From Takakia lepidozioides (taxonomy: Eukaryota > Plantae > Bryophyta), in contig CM060731.1 in the NCBI GenBank assembly GCA_030704615.1, positions 53,010,001 to 53,074,000 on the forward strand: a stretch of DNA of 64,000 bases. The letters are read 5' to 3'. The position numbers and the translations under genes were made by a program. The notes under the pieces are model-generated. The model searched no databases, had not been told where the DNA came from, and saw only the letters and a list, made by a program, of their open reading frames with translations. Shown one piece after another: positions 37,934 through 50,814 of this stretch (positions are counted from its first letter, which is position 1; every line of letters starts with the position of its first letter).

Positions 37934-40900
37934 ATGGACGTGGAAGCAGAAGGTGATGATAGACTAAAAACGGGATGCTGGATTATACGGCCTCTTCGAC
38001 AAAGTTTGCAAACACCCAAACCAGGACCCTTCAACAGGAAGGACCTCCAATGGAAGAGAGACACGCAAAATGGTTATATGGGTGCCAGACAGAATGTTTT
38101 GAAGGTCTGCATACCGTGGGTTAGAGTTGATGACTTTCTCCTTGGAGATGAGAGTTTAGTGGACTACCCCACTCAGTTTTGGGTGAATGTCCATACTAAA
38201 GTGCAACCCGGCATGCTAAAAGAGCCGAGAGCCAGCAGTTCTCTGAACAGTATCATGTGTGCTCCATCCTCATCGTCCTTTTGTAGTCTGATTGCATGTC
38301 TGTTGCCATTTTTCGTACCCACGTTCACCCTCATAAAGGCCCAAGGAGAAAGAAGTTGGAATATGGAGAGTCTTACATGCGTGGTTGCCAGTGCTGTTTC
38401 AAGGTCCAGCAATGCTATCTCGCCCCCGACATTTGTGTCCTCACGTACTACAACAATATGGAGCATACAGACGCGAAAGGGAACCCCTGTCATGGGAAGT
38501 CCGTTGAGTTCAGGAACACTCGCCACACATACGCACCACACATAAGCGAGGAATTGAAAGCATGGGTCATGGACTGTCTGTGCCGAGGCCTGTCAGTCAC
38601 CCAAATCATGATGGAACATAAAGAGCACGTCATGAACAACACCGGGTTGGGGGATGCATGGACACGGGACGATATTTTGCTAGAGCAGGATGTGCGAAAC
38701 CTGGCCGAGAAACGGGCATGGCAAACGTTCAAAAAACATGCCAACGATGCGGAGAGTGTCCGCATGTGAAAAGACCAGAACCCGAAATCGGTCTTCTTCT
38801 ATCAAGAGGAAAAATTGGCGCCAACATTCAAGCACTACGATGGCGACTTAACATTCACAATCGGCATACAAACTGAGTGGCAGAAGAAGCGAATGCTTCA
38901 ATTAGGCCATGCCCGTATCGTTGCATGCAATGCAACCTTTGGGACAAATCACCACAAGGTACTCTTCATCCCTTTCACAATTTATCCACTTACAGAAGTA
39001 GTGGATGTACGCACACTGGCAGCATCTGACATTCTGCATTTGAACAGTTCCCATTGTACACGTTGATGGTCTTCGATGAGTGGCTTAACGGTATACCAGT
39101 TGCGTATATCATATGCGCGCGTGAGCGGACAACAGACCTGGTGCCGTGGATGGTAGCCTTGCGGGACTCTCTCCTCGCAGAAATGCCGGACTGGCGACCC
39201 AATGCCTTTATTGTGGACGATGCCGACGCCGAAATAAACGCCATTACGTAAGTTTCACGTACCCTCCTGTACACTCGCGTGCAAGTCCATCATCTACGTC
39301 CATTGTCTGTCTCTTTGGCAGGTCCCCTGCCATACAACGCAGTCCTGGCTGCAAGTCCGGCCCATTCATTTCTGCAAGTCTGCTGGCAAACCAGTCCGCT
39401 GGTAATGTCCTCTAGCGAAGTCCGCTGGAAGACTCACTTGCGCAAGTACGTTGCAAGGTCAATTTGCTCGGGTGTGTTGCCAAGGGGTTGCCAACAACGT
39501 CTGGGTAAGTCTACTGCCGGTCTCCTAAGGGCAAGTCCGCCGGCAGACCAATCCGCCGGAGGGGACTGTTTGCAAGCAGTCTGCTGCAAGACTCACGTGC
39601 GCCAGTCTGCTGCGACCTCAGTCTGGTCCAGCAAGTCCGCTGGTAGGCAGGTCTGCCGGAGGGGACTGTTCGTAAGCAGTCCGCTGCAAGACTCACGTGC
39701 GCCAGTCTGCTGCGACCTCAGTCTGGTCGAGCAAGTCCGCTCGCAGGCGAGTCCGCCGGATGGGACTGTTCGCAAGCAGTCCGCTGCAAGACTCACGTGC
39801 GCCAGTCTGGTGCGACCTCAGTCTGGTCGAGCAAGTCCGCTGGCTGGCAGGTCCGCCGGAGGGGACTGTTTGCAAGCAGTCCGCTGCAAGACACATGTGC
39901 GCCAGGCTGCTGCGACCTCACTCTGGTCGAGCAAGTCCGCTCGCAGGCGAGTCCGCCGGATGGGACTGTTCACAAGCAGTCTGCTGCAAGACTCACGTGC
40001 GCCAGTCTGCTGCGACCTCAGTCTGGTCCAGCAAGTCCGCTGGCAGGCAGGTCCGCCGAAGGGGACTGTTCGCAAGCAGTCCGCTGCAAGACTCACGTGC
40101 GCCAGTCTGCTGCGACCTCACTCTGGTCCGCTGGCAGACGAGTCCGCCAGAGGGGACTGTTTGGAAGTCTGCTGGCAACCTAGTCCGGTCGGGATGCCCT
40201 CTGGCCAAGTCCGTTGCAAGACTCACTTACGTAAGTCCGCTGCGAGGTCAGCGTGGTCAGGTCTGATGGCGGTGTCGTGAGGGCAATACTCATGGTAGGT
40301 CAGAGTGGGTGAGTCTGCTGCCTAAATCCATTTGGAACAGACGGGCAAACCTGTCAACTAGACATTCTACTGGGTTAGTGCCCAAATCCACCGGCCAAGT
40401 CCTCTTTGAAGTCTCTCATGTGGGCATGTGTACTTTGCAGGGCTGTTTTTTGAGGAGTGCTAATTTTCCTGTGCCTTTGGCATGTCCGGCGGGCTTGGGT
40501 GAAGCAATCATGCGCGAAAACCAAAGATCCTATCACTGCCGCAAACTTGCTGAAAGATATGGGAGACCTCATGTACTGTAGAGATGGACCAATCAATCCC
40601 AAAGAAGGTCTTGCATGGGTAGCAACAACGCTCCGACGCATGAGAAAGAAATATCCAAATGGGCATGAATTTCCGAACTACATCGATAAGGAATGGCGTC
40701 CTAAAATAGCAATGTGGTGTACAACAACTTGCCATGTTCCGCATGCCAGTCAAGACACCAATGCTAGCATTGAGGCATACCATGGAAACTTGAAGGCAAG
40801 ACTGAGGATGGGGAAAGGCAAAATGACTGGGTGTAGAGTGGATTGGCTCATATGGGAATTCACAGGCCGTGTGCTAACACACTACTGGTATGCAATTCAC

Positions 40901-41689
40901 CTGAAGACGCACGGATTCATAAGGAATGACAAACAGGAGAAGTACATGTCCAGTTCTGTGCTTGCGGCACGCGATATCCCAGCTTGCAATGTCACTTTTC
41001 TGTTCCATCCTGGGCAACCAGCCTATGTTCTAAGCACCAATCACCCAAACACAATTTACATTGTTTACAACCCTGGATGCAAATGGGCTTCTTGCACTTG
41101 CCCATGGGCAATGAAGGGCAATTTGTGCAAGCATCAAGTCCAAGTCCTGAAGTTGCTTCATCCACACTTGCAGGATGGACTCATAGTGCGCGCTCGTGAC
41201 ACGGCGCTGGGAACCATTCATGGAGGATTGCACAATGTGTTTAGGGTTCATGCAAGTGTTGGCGACGAAGAGGGTTTGGGAAATGCAACAGATGGCCCTT
41301 CCACATATGACTTCCCATATGATGCGGAGCCTGTCCTCGTACCATCCTCCATGGATGAAGAATTTGCAGACATACTTCGCATTGTTGGGGATGACAAATA
41401 CCTGCAGAAACATGTGTTGTCTTCTCTTCGTATCTGTAGGGGGCAGCTTGTTGATATTCTCGCCAAGAGTGTTGCAGGAATGCTGCACCTTGCAGCAACA
41501 AAGAGCTTCCGTCCTGTAAATGACAACAACAATATGTCGCTGAAAAAGAAACGAGATTTTGTTGAGGCATGGAAAACGCGACCCAGGGTCTTACGCAAAA
41601 CAGAGAAGAGGGTTGGTGCCCCAACACCTGCAACACACATATACTCCACAATCCGGAGAGTCGCAGACCGTATACCAGTTTTAAAGTAG
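37934..41689 (+). pseudogene. Copy B MULE/SWIM transposase (disabled)
   Basis: Same exon structure as A. Deletion at the start of exon 2, TGA at 38767-38769 where A has W, first catalytic D changed to N (CNATFGT). Retains IVDD, CLWH, IEAYH and SWIM CTCPWAMKGNLCKH. Confidence 0.9.
39410..40260. repeat. Exactly 100-bp-period tandem array (about 6 good copies plus degenerate flanks) in transposase intron 3
   Basis: caagac(t/a)ca(c/t)gtgcgcc at 39587, 39687, 39787, 39887, 39987 and 40087. Confidence 0.95.
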
Positions 41690-41779
41690 AGTAGGAAATG
41701 TAAGAAATGGTACGGTATCATTCTCCCCATGAAATAAAATTTCGGCGATACGATTGCATGTGCACCAGACGTCCAACCT

Positions 41780-41930
41780 GTCTACCAACCAGCCTGGTAA
41801 ACCAGTCTTCTGGCGTCTGAACCAGTCTGCTCAATCAGTCTTCTGCCGTCTGATCCAGTCTGCTCATCCAGTCTTCTGGTGTCTGAACCAGTCTGCTCAA
41901 CCACTCTTCTGGTATCTGAACCAGTCTGTT
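41780..41930. repeat. 33-bp tandem repeat between the convergent genes
   Basis: ccagtctgctca..cagtcttctg units repeated about 4 times. Confidence 0.8.
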
Positions 41931-42579
41931 GTACCAAGCTGGGACTCACTCTTCAAACAGTCTGTTGTGCTAGCCTTCTCCTGAGCAGACCAGTCTCCCG
42001 GTTCTGAACGTGTCTACACTTGGCTGACCAGTGAGCCTCATGCGGTTTGCCCATCAGACTAGCCATTCTCAGCACGGTGGACTCTCATTACTCTGCTGAC
42101 CAGACTTGGCAGTCTACTGGCCAATGCCATCCGCCTGTACTATACCACTCCAGTGACTCTCGACAGTCACCAGTGCAGACTCATGGTTCCCAATCGCATC
42201 TGCCAGTCTGCCGGACTGGTCCCAACTCCTCAATCTGTCGGACTCTCGTCAGTCTGGCGACATTGCCATCTGTCTGCTCACAAGCCTAGGCATACCCTCT
42301 TCCCGTACTCTGGCAGTCTGCTGACTCTCAGCTGTTTGCTGACCAGTGGACTCCCTTGGTATGTTAAACAAAATGATTGTGTGTGCAGAGGTAAGTCCGC
42401 TTAACAACATGCGGTGATTTGGTCACAAATCTACAGCGACTACTCCACACTGCACTCATATGCGACCAATAGGATGTGTATACAAAGTCATATTTTATTT
42501 CGTTGCAAATGCTCAAAAGCATGCTTATATGACAGATGCGTCCTATGGTGCACCTCTAATCTCGGACCCAGATGGATAT

Positions 42580-45500
42580 CTATGAGGATACTGCTTTCTC
42601 AGCAGCACTCAAACCAATCAAGATGTACTTAAGACACTGCATCCGTTGGCCAAGTGCAAACTTGAACGTGAACCAGTGTTTCGTGAAAGGTACTCCTCTC
42701 TCTGCCCTTTTAGAAGAGGTTTGAGTATGCCCAGTTTGTAGCCATTCATAATATTCTTGGATGAAGGACATGACGTAAAACCCGCATTCCCAGCTGAATG
42801 GCTGTTGGGGCACTTCAGGCTGGTTGAACTGAAATGCCCTAACCTCCTCCCAACCCGGTGAATCAACACTGTAGCCTAAACACTCCACATGCAGCTTCCG
42901 TATCCATGACAAAACATATGGGCAACCATGCAAAGACTCGATGAAATTCATGTGAGTGTAGAAGCCTTTCCACACGTCGATAACAACAACACTCCAGTGC
43001 GCCCTGCAAGACGAATCTCATGACTCTCACATCAACAGTCCACTTAGCAAACCACTCCAATTGCCTCTCCAGCAGACTCTACAGACTCCCACACTACACG
43101 GGTCCCACTACACTCAGCCAACTCGGCAGAGTCACGACTCAGCAGACTCAGAAGACTCATCACCCAGCAGACTCGGCATAATGAGCAGACTCAGCAGACT
43201 CGGCATACTCGGGGTTGAGTGAGCAGACCGAGCAGACTGTCCTCATTCAAAAGACTGGGCAAATTTGCCAGACTGAGCAGGCGAGAGGCAGGTGTGAACG
43301 TAGTGGCGTCATTCAAAAGACTGGCCCGACAGAACAGACTGGGTATGTGAGATCTTACTCCTCCACAATCGGAACGATTATATGATGGTAGTCTTTTATG
43401 TCTTTGCCGAGCCGAGGGACGCTCCAGCAAGAATGCAGATACTCCACTAGCCTTTCCCGTGGCCCGTCCCAATGTGTCATCATACGAGACCACGTTGAGG
43501 CTGGCAGAAGAGCAACAGTACTTGAGTAATTGTCTTCACCGTCTTCTCATAGAAACGACACCACAGCTCCAGCATTCTATCTGTGCACTCTGACTCCACC
43601 GTCTCAAGTGGCTTTAAGTCCGGAGGCCTGATGGAGCACTCATACCGGGGGCCGCCTTCATAAAAGTGAACTATGCAATTGCCGGCCGCGACATTCCGTC
43701 GCAGGGCCATTGCAAAACGAGAACCCAACCTGCACACAGACCACGAACTTGTGTGAAAACCCATGTACGCAACGGTCTGAGCGGACTGACTCGATTCAAC
43801 AGACTGCCCATACCAAGCAGACTGAGCGGACTCGCCAGACTCACCAGACCGAGCAGACTGAGCAGATTCACACTTCGGAGCAGACTGGAGTGACCAGACT
43901 CAGCAGACTGGGATGACTACTCACTGGTGCATTTCTCGCTGAAGAACCACTTCCTTGTCCGTATCCAATGCCATTTTGCGGTCTTTGTTCATGAAGACAG
44001 CATACTTGCCTTTCTTCGCAGGTTTCTTGGCAACATGACCCTCCCGAATTTCCTGAGTCTGCTCCACGACAGTCCGCTTCTTCGCTCTACTTGTGCCCAG
44101 GGATTCGGCGACTACTGTGGCCGGGTTCGATTCAACAGACTGACGAAATGATGCGGTCCTGCTTCGCAAGACGACTGTGTCTGCAGGCTTGTTCATACTT
44201 GTAGGACCTGTGCTGGCAGCCTCACTGGTCGCATGCGTTGAACTAATCCGTGCATCTGTTGGCGTTGTAAGTAACCTTGGGGGGTGCACTCTTTATAAAA
44301 TGTCTATATCACGTGCGTTCGCCGCCTAATAAAAAAAACCCCTGTATACGGGTCCTTGGATCATTTATACCCCCTCTGTACATACATTTTGAAGATTATA
44401 AAATCCCCTCCTGTAAAGAAATTTGTAATTTAAAAAAAGTACCCCCTGCTGTATGTATATTTCTTTTTTGAATCATTAAAAAATACCCTCAAATATGTAT
44501 ATATATATTTTATTATATCAAGTTTATTCATTTAAAAACAGACCTCGGCCTGTACTACTATGTAGGTCCAAATTTTATGAAACCAAGTCGGTGCATCCCT
44601 ACTCATTGAGGGCTTTCCAACGGTACCAAAATCGTGGCTAGAGGCCCTTCGGTTTGGGAGATCTCAAGGACCCTACAAACAATATTGTGTTCATGCCATA
44701 TTCGAAAAAAAAACCCAATTATTTACATTTATGTCCCCGTGTACAAAGGATAAATAAATGGCCAGTAATTGTTGAAAGAAAGCCCATTTTGCTATTTTTC
44801 GCGAGTTTCCAACGACCAAAAGTACTTGAAATTTCATATCTCCCACACTGCAAGTTCCAAAATTATGAGACCAAGCCAGTGCACCCCTCCTCATTGAGGG
44901 CTTTCCAATGGTACCAAACACCAGGGCTGGGCCCCGCGGTTGGGGAGATCTCAACAATGATACAAAACAAAATATTGTCTTTATTGTATATTACTGTTTA
45001 ACATTATAATTGTTTCAAGAACCGTGGACCAGCCTAGTGGTATGGAGATGGTCGTGGTGTGCAGGTGGTCTTGGGCCCAAATCTGCATTGTGATATATAC
45101 ATATTTTCAAAGTTTTCGAAAAATTCAAGACACCGTGAGATTTGAACCTGCGATGAGAGTCGTGGCAATGGTGACCCTTACCACTACGCTACCCTCCTAA
45201 TCAAGCTAATCCCTTGCTATAGACTTATATTTAAGGTGTTGCTTTACCCCCCTATGTATGTATAATGTTGTACATGGGGGGGTTAAAAATACCCCCTCCT
45301 GTGTACGCACGTGGCTGGTACAGGTTGGCTGGGGTGCACCCCCCAGGTAAGTAACCCACCTTTTTTGGTTGACTGCAGGGCACAACCTGTATGACGTCAT
45401 TGGAAGGAAGCGACTGGGCAGACTGCTCCCCTGCTTGAACGTCAATCAGTCTGTGCTGCTCAGAGCGGTTAGCCTGGTGCTCAGTCTGCTCGCCGCTATG

Positions 45501-48500
45501 GTCAGTCCGCTGTCAAGTCTGGTGGACACTCTTGTGTGCGGGGGGAACGACATGTTGGCCCTTAGTCTATCCATGTTCGGCATCGGTCTGCTGCTCAGTG
45601 TCCTCAGTCTGGCCAGTCTAGTGCTCAGTCTACTCGCCGCTCTGGTCAGTCTGCTATCGAGTTGGTGGATACTCTCGTGGGCAGGGCGAATGGCATGTTG
45701 GCCTTCCTTCAGAGGACCATGTTCAGCGTTAGTTTGCTGCTCACTGTCCTCAGTCTGGTCAGTCTGGTGCTCAGTCTGCTTTTTGCTCTGGTCAGTCTGC
45801 TGTTCAGCCTGGTGGTCACTCTCGTGGTCGGTCTGCTCTTGCAGGGAGGAGATCAATCTATCAACTTGCAAGTCAACTGTGTCTTCAGGGTTTGATGCAT
45901 AAAAAGCTTGACTACCGCTGACATCTAAATTATCCGCGACAACTACATCGTCTAGTTCTTCAGTAAGGTCAATGATACGGGGTTGAGTTCCCATATTGCG
46001 ATCAATCACGTAACAATCATCTATAGCTTTCGCAAGCGAACGAACCAAAACCGGGCTGAGCTGAAATGGAAATAGTTGGCAGGCCATGGGTCACTGGAGA
46101 AGAATGGTTTACCGGTGCCCAGCTTATATCCTCAAACGATGCGCCAATTTTTGAAGATGGTCCGGCGGGAAAAGAAGACGCCGTCAATGCACTGATAGAA
46201 CTCCGCACAAATTCAGAAACAGGGTCCCATTGAGGCCAGTGCAGCCGACTCTGTTCAATGAACCAGGATCCAGACTGGTGGACAGGAAGTGTAGTTGGGT
46301 CCTCCGAGTCACTGTGGTCGTGAATCTGCTAGACAGTCTGCAGGGCACTGTCATTGTGGTGACTGCTTTCAGTCTGCTGGACGGTCTGCTCAATGGTATG
46401 CTGCACAGTCTGCTGGTGCACAGCCAGGTCATCCGTCTGCAGCCCGGTCTGCTCATTGATATGTTGGACGGTCTGCTTGACAGCGACGTCATCGGTATGC
46501 TGCATGGTCTGGTGCAGAGATATTCCTTCAGTCTGCTCGCCGGTCTGCTCATGAGTCTCCTCGTCCTCGGTGTGGCCTGTAGTGCGCCCACTCTCCTGAA
46601 CAGTGGCTGGGATAGTGTTGACAGTCTGTCCATGCTCTTTTTGTTGCAGTGGGTCAGTTTGCTCAGCAATGGCGTCGTCAGCAGTCTGCTGAACGGTGTC
46701 ATGGAGTCCCTCTAACGCCAGCACAACATCTCGTGCACCTCTGGCAAGGGAATCGAAAGCACACTGCGCGTGCTCGTCTAAATCAGACATTCCTGAAACA
46801 GATGAGTTGGACAAAGTGAGTCTGACAGGATGGTGGAAGAAAAGACCATGAACTTCACAACGGTCCAGAAGAAGTCGGCATTACCTTCTAGGAGGTTGCC
46901 AATGAGACCAATATCTTGGATTTGGCGTCCCAAGCATGCTCCATCGAGATGGCGAATCGTTGGCATGCGGTTTTCAAATAGGGAGCCGCACCATAGGACT
47001 TTGAACACATCCGGTCTGTTCAACACAATATCGAACACTGCTCGCTCCATTACCGCAGCAAACCATTGCAACGCCTCATCCACAACACTCTTCTTACCCG
47101 CATCCGAATCTGAATGAAACAAATACTTCCTCAAACTTTGCATGTCCTTTACCAATTTACTGTATGAACGGAAATTGCCGAACTGCATCCATCGATGGTG
47201 AAGGAAAGAATTAGCAATGCGATCAAAGTACTCTTCAGTAATTCCAAGCAAGTACTTTCCCCGCACCCCAAAGGTGGGATGTGCCATGGGCATATGTCTG
47301 AGTTCCTGAGGTCGTGGGTCATCCATGAGGATTAATTGGACAACAGTGGTGGGGCATTTTGGACCTTTGTGACTGCCAGGGCCACAAAATGTGCGCTTTC
47401 GAGGACTTCATTTGCTTCTGCCATAGTAAATTCCATGGAATAATGAAAGGGAACAAAAGGCCACCGGCCGTCCGTGACAATGCGATGGAGTTCATTATAC
47501 CAATCCACATTGGAATTGACTTCCCCCACCCTCAGACGGGCAAGTGTCAGGTCCACAGCTTCGGGATCAATGAGCGGCAATGGCGAGCGCCAAACTCCAA
47601 AAAATCCCGTGGTGGTCGTGACAATGAGAGTCTGCTGGCTGGGAGTCCGCTCAATGGGAGTCTACTGGCTGCGAGTCCGTTGGACAACAGTGTGGTGGAT
47701 GGGCGTCTTCTGGGTGGCAGTCTGCTGGTTGGGAGTCTCCTGAATAGCAGTCTGCTGGATGAGAGTACGTTGGACGAGAGTCTGGTACATGGGAGTGTGC
47801 TGGACAAGACTGCGTTGACTGTGAGTTTGGTGGGAAAGAGTCTGCTGGGCAAGAGTCTGCTGGATGCCAGATTGGGTGAGGTCTGTGTCCACTGAGTCTG
47901 CAGTGAGTATGGTGTTGATCGGGGAGTTGGCGCGTGCTTTGTCTGCAGAGTCCAGTGCTGCTATGGCGTCTGCTGAGCCAGGGTACTTAAACAAGATGTA
48001 CTCCCGCACCCGCTCCATTTCCCGGCACACCGCATTCACTGCTAAGGGAGGGTCGGACCTCACCATCCGCCAAGCACACAAGGCCTCCCGAATACTGGCT
48101 CGGTCATCCTGGTATATGACAGAAAACCCAAAAACTCAGCATCAGACTCACTAGCAGCAGACTCACGAGCAGACTCACCAGCATCGTGGCACAGAACAAA
48201 GGAACCAGCGGACTCCAGGGACTGACGAGCAAGTCCACAAGCAGGGGACTGACCAGCAAGTCCACAAGCAGACTGGCGCAGCAGACCGAGCAGGTAGACT
48301 GAACCAGCAGACTCTATGACAATAGACACCAACTGTGGGGACAGACTGGGCATTACCTCGTCGTCATCGTCGACATAGACGTCCTCCTCATCTTCAAGGG
48401 AGCTCGACTGGTCAGGCAAGACAATGTCGACGAGAGATGAGACACTTCCCAGACCTGCGAATTCATCATTCCGAATGATGTCTGCAGATGGCTCAGTAGA

Positions 48501-49141
48501 CTGGCTCTCACTCAAAGTACTGATGGTCTGCGTCTGCTGCGTAGACCGTCTCCCTGGCACAGCCCGTGACACTTCCCGACTGCCTTGGGGACGAGTCTGC
48601 TGTTGAGATTTTGCCCTCGCCTCCCGAGCAGACCTTGCAGCCTTTTCTCTTTCCTTCTTCTGGGTCCCATCACTAAGTTTCCTTTTTCTGGGAGCCACAG
48701 GTGATGGCGATGTCAGGTCATGCACATCTTGCATTGAAACATCCGAACCCACCCCATACCGTGCGCGCACTCCGCCAAAGTGCGGGCCTTTGGGTTTGCG
48801 CCACGGAGTCTGGCGGTGGCCGCATTCACCACCCTCATTGAACTTTGAACTGGCCACGGCTTGAAGCCAGGTGGGATATATCGCTTGTTTTTGCAGCCCG
48901 TGTCAACACAATGGCGGTTTAGCTGCACTTTGTCCTTGATAATTTCACTACAGAAAGAACAGTGGAGCTTATCCTTCTGCCAGTTGGAGTCTACAGGCTT
49001 GATTGCGCGGAGGTCTAAGAATGCTTCGACTATTTTTGCATCATACTCCTCAGGTAAGTACCAGTACCTTCGCTCCTTTAGCCTGGACTTGTGCATGAAA
49101 TGCAACCAGTCTGCTCCACCCTTTGCACAAGCATCCTCCAT
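42580..49141 (-). pseudogene. Copy B accessory gene: C2HC zinc finger, unknown domain, low-complexity linkers and Ulp1-type protease, interrupted by a MITE
   Basis: MEDACAKGG...CSFCSEIIKDKVQLNRHCVDTGC; MDDPRPQELRHMPMAHP...WMQFGNFRSY; GHWSVVVIDVWKGFYTHMNF...QQPFSWECGFYV. Frameshifts present. Confidence 0.85.
44277..45346. mobile_element. Non-autonomous AT-rich DNA transposon (Mutator-type MITE, 1070 bp)
   Basis: TIR (T/C)TGGGGGGTGCAC at both ends. Perfect flanking direct repeat GTAAGTAACC (44267-44276 and 45347-45356). Absent from the homologous position of copy A (about 31515). Confidence 0.92.
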
Positions 49142-50563
49142 GGCTGCAGAATCAGACAAGAGATGCAGCGGCAATGAGCGACAGACAGACTAAGAATAAG
49201 AAAGCAGAGAAGAACGGAAAAGAGAATGGAAAGAAACCAAAGCACAAAACACAAAGAGGAAAGCTCACCGGGCAACATGCGACGGTTGTTGCGACGATTC
49301 GGTGCTCACGCGACTGTCCGCACCTCGAAAACCTAACACGCACCAAAGAAAGCGGGCTCGCACCAATGGGAGGTGGACGGGCCCTAAACGAAACAGTACG
49401 AAAGAAGTCCAGCGGGAAGTGGACCCTGCACCGGCGCCCTTTTTTGGCCGTCATCGCATTAAATAGTTGCAGACCCCTCACACGTGCTGGCGGTATGCCA
49501 CTGTACGGACAGTCCAACAGACGGGATGAGTGGGACTATCGTCAGTCTGCCGTCATCGCATTCATCAAGTCCAGCAGACTTACTCCTGATGACAAAGACG
49601 GCCAAGCAGACCGAGTACCCTCCACAAATAGACTCATATGCCACAGTAAGGACAGACTGACGACTGAGGTTAAGCGGACTGACGAAGAGACTAAGGCGAG
49701 TGCGGAGTCTGGTGCGGAGTCTGATGACGTGCCGCGACGTGACTGGGCCTCCTTACCGCCGTCGCTGCATTTATTGCGTCCAGCAGACTCTAATGACATA
49801 ATGGCCGAATAGACCCACTGCAAACAAACTTGCGCAACAACAGACTCGTATGCCACTGCACGGACAGTCCAGCAGACGAAAGGTTCAACAGACTGATGAA
49901 GAGACTGGCGCAGAGTAATTTGCGCAACAACAAAATGATTTCTAACAGACTAATATCTTGGATGACAAAGTATCCCCAGGGCGGCCGGGTGATACGGGAG
50001 TAAACCGTAAACCGCGTCCAGCAGACTTACACGTGATAATAATCACGGCTCAACAGACCCAGCGCAAACATACTTGCGCCACAGTAGACTGACTTTGTGA
50101 CAGTCCAGCTGACTGATATCAGAAGAGACGGACAGACCAACAGTCCGACGGCTCAGCAGACTCACGGTAATGCGGATAATTAAAAGGTAGTAGTTAAACG
50201 GACTCATATCCGAAGAGACGGACTTCCTGCTGACCAATGGTTCAACAGACTGATGAGAGAAGAGACTTCGGGGATAAGACAAGAGAAGACACTTTGGAAT
50301 TCGGCAGACAGTGACGGCCCAATAGTCCAGTGAAGAACAGACTCACGCCACACCATACTTGTATCCTTACAAACCAACAGTCCAACAGACCAGACTAATA
50401 TCCCATCAGAACCACGCTTGGCGTCGCCGTCATGCCGTGGTTGCATTTCATCCGTCCAGCAGACTTGCATATGCCCATACTCATGGCACAACACACTGCT
50501 TAGAGAAAGTACTGACAAAGACGCAGTCGAAGAGCCTGTTGATCCACGCGCATTTGCAGTCAT

Positions 50564-50702
50564 AAGGACCTCGAACATCCACAAGCAACGTGAATCCACA
50601 TCTCTCAGCCTACGTTTCCTTTCCCATTGTCCAGTTTTCAAGGAGACGGTAGTGGTTGAGATGTGATGTTTCAGGAGGTGCATCTGGATGTTTGAGGACC
50701 TT
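50564..50702 (-). ncRNA. miRNA-like foldback 2 (copy B)
   Basis: aaggacctcgaacatccac...cacatctc...gagatgtg...tggatgtttgaggacctt. Confidence 0.45.
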
Positions 50703-50814
50703 TGGACTGGATCCTGTTCCGTTCACATTCTCCGCAGTTCCCAGACATGTGGTGGCAGAGATGTCCTCCCCTGAACAGTCTCATCGGTGGACATAAATTC
50801 TGCAATGTATACAC

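Noticed and set aside
39279-40280. 333-aa ORF and the 100-bp array as a gene or CRISPR-like array
   Set aside because: Lies within transposase intron 3. Whole units are repeated with no unique spacers, there are no cas genes, and the context is eukaryotic.
45133-45200. tRNA gene
   Set aside because: A/B-box-like motifs are present but the acceptor and T stems do not pair.
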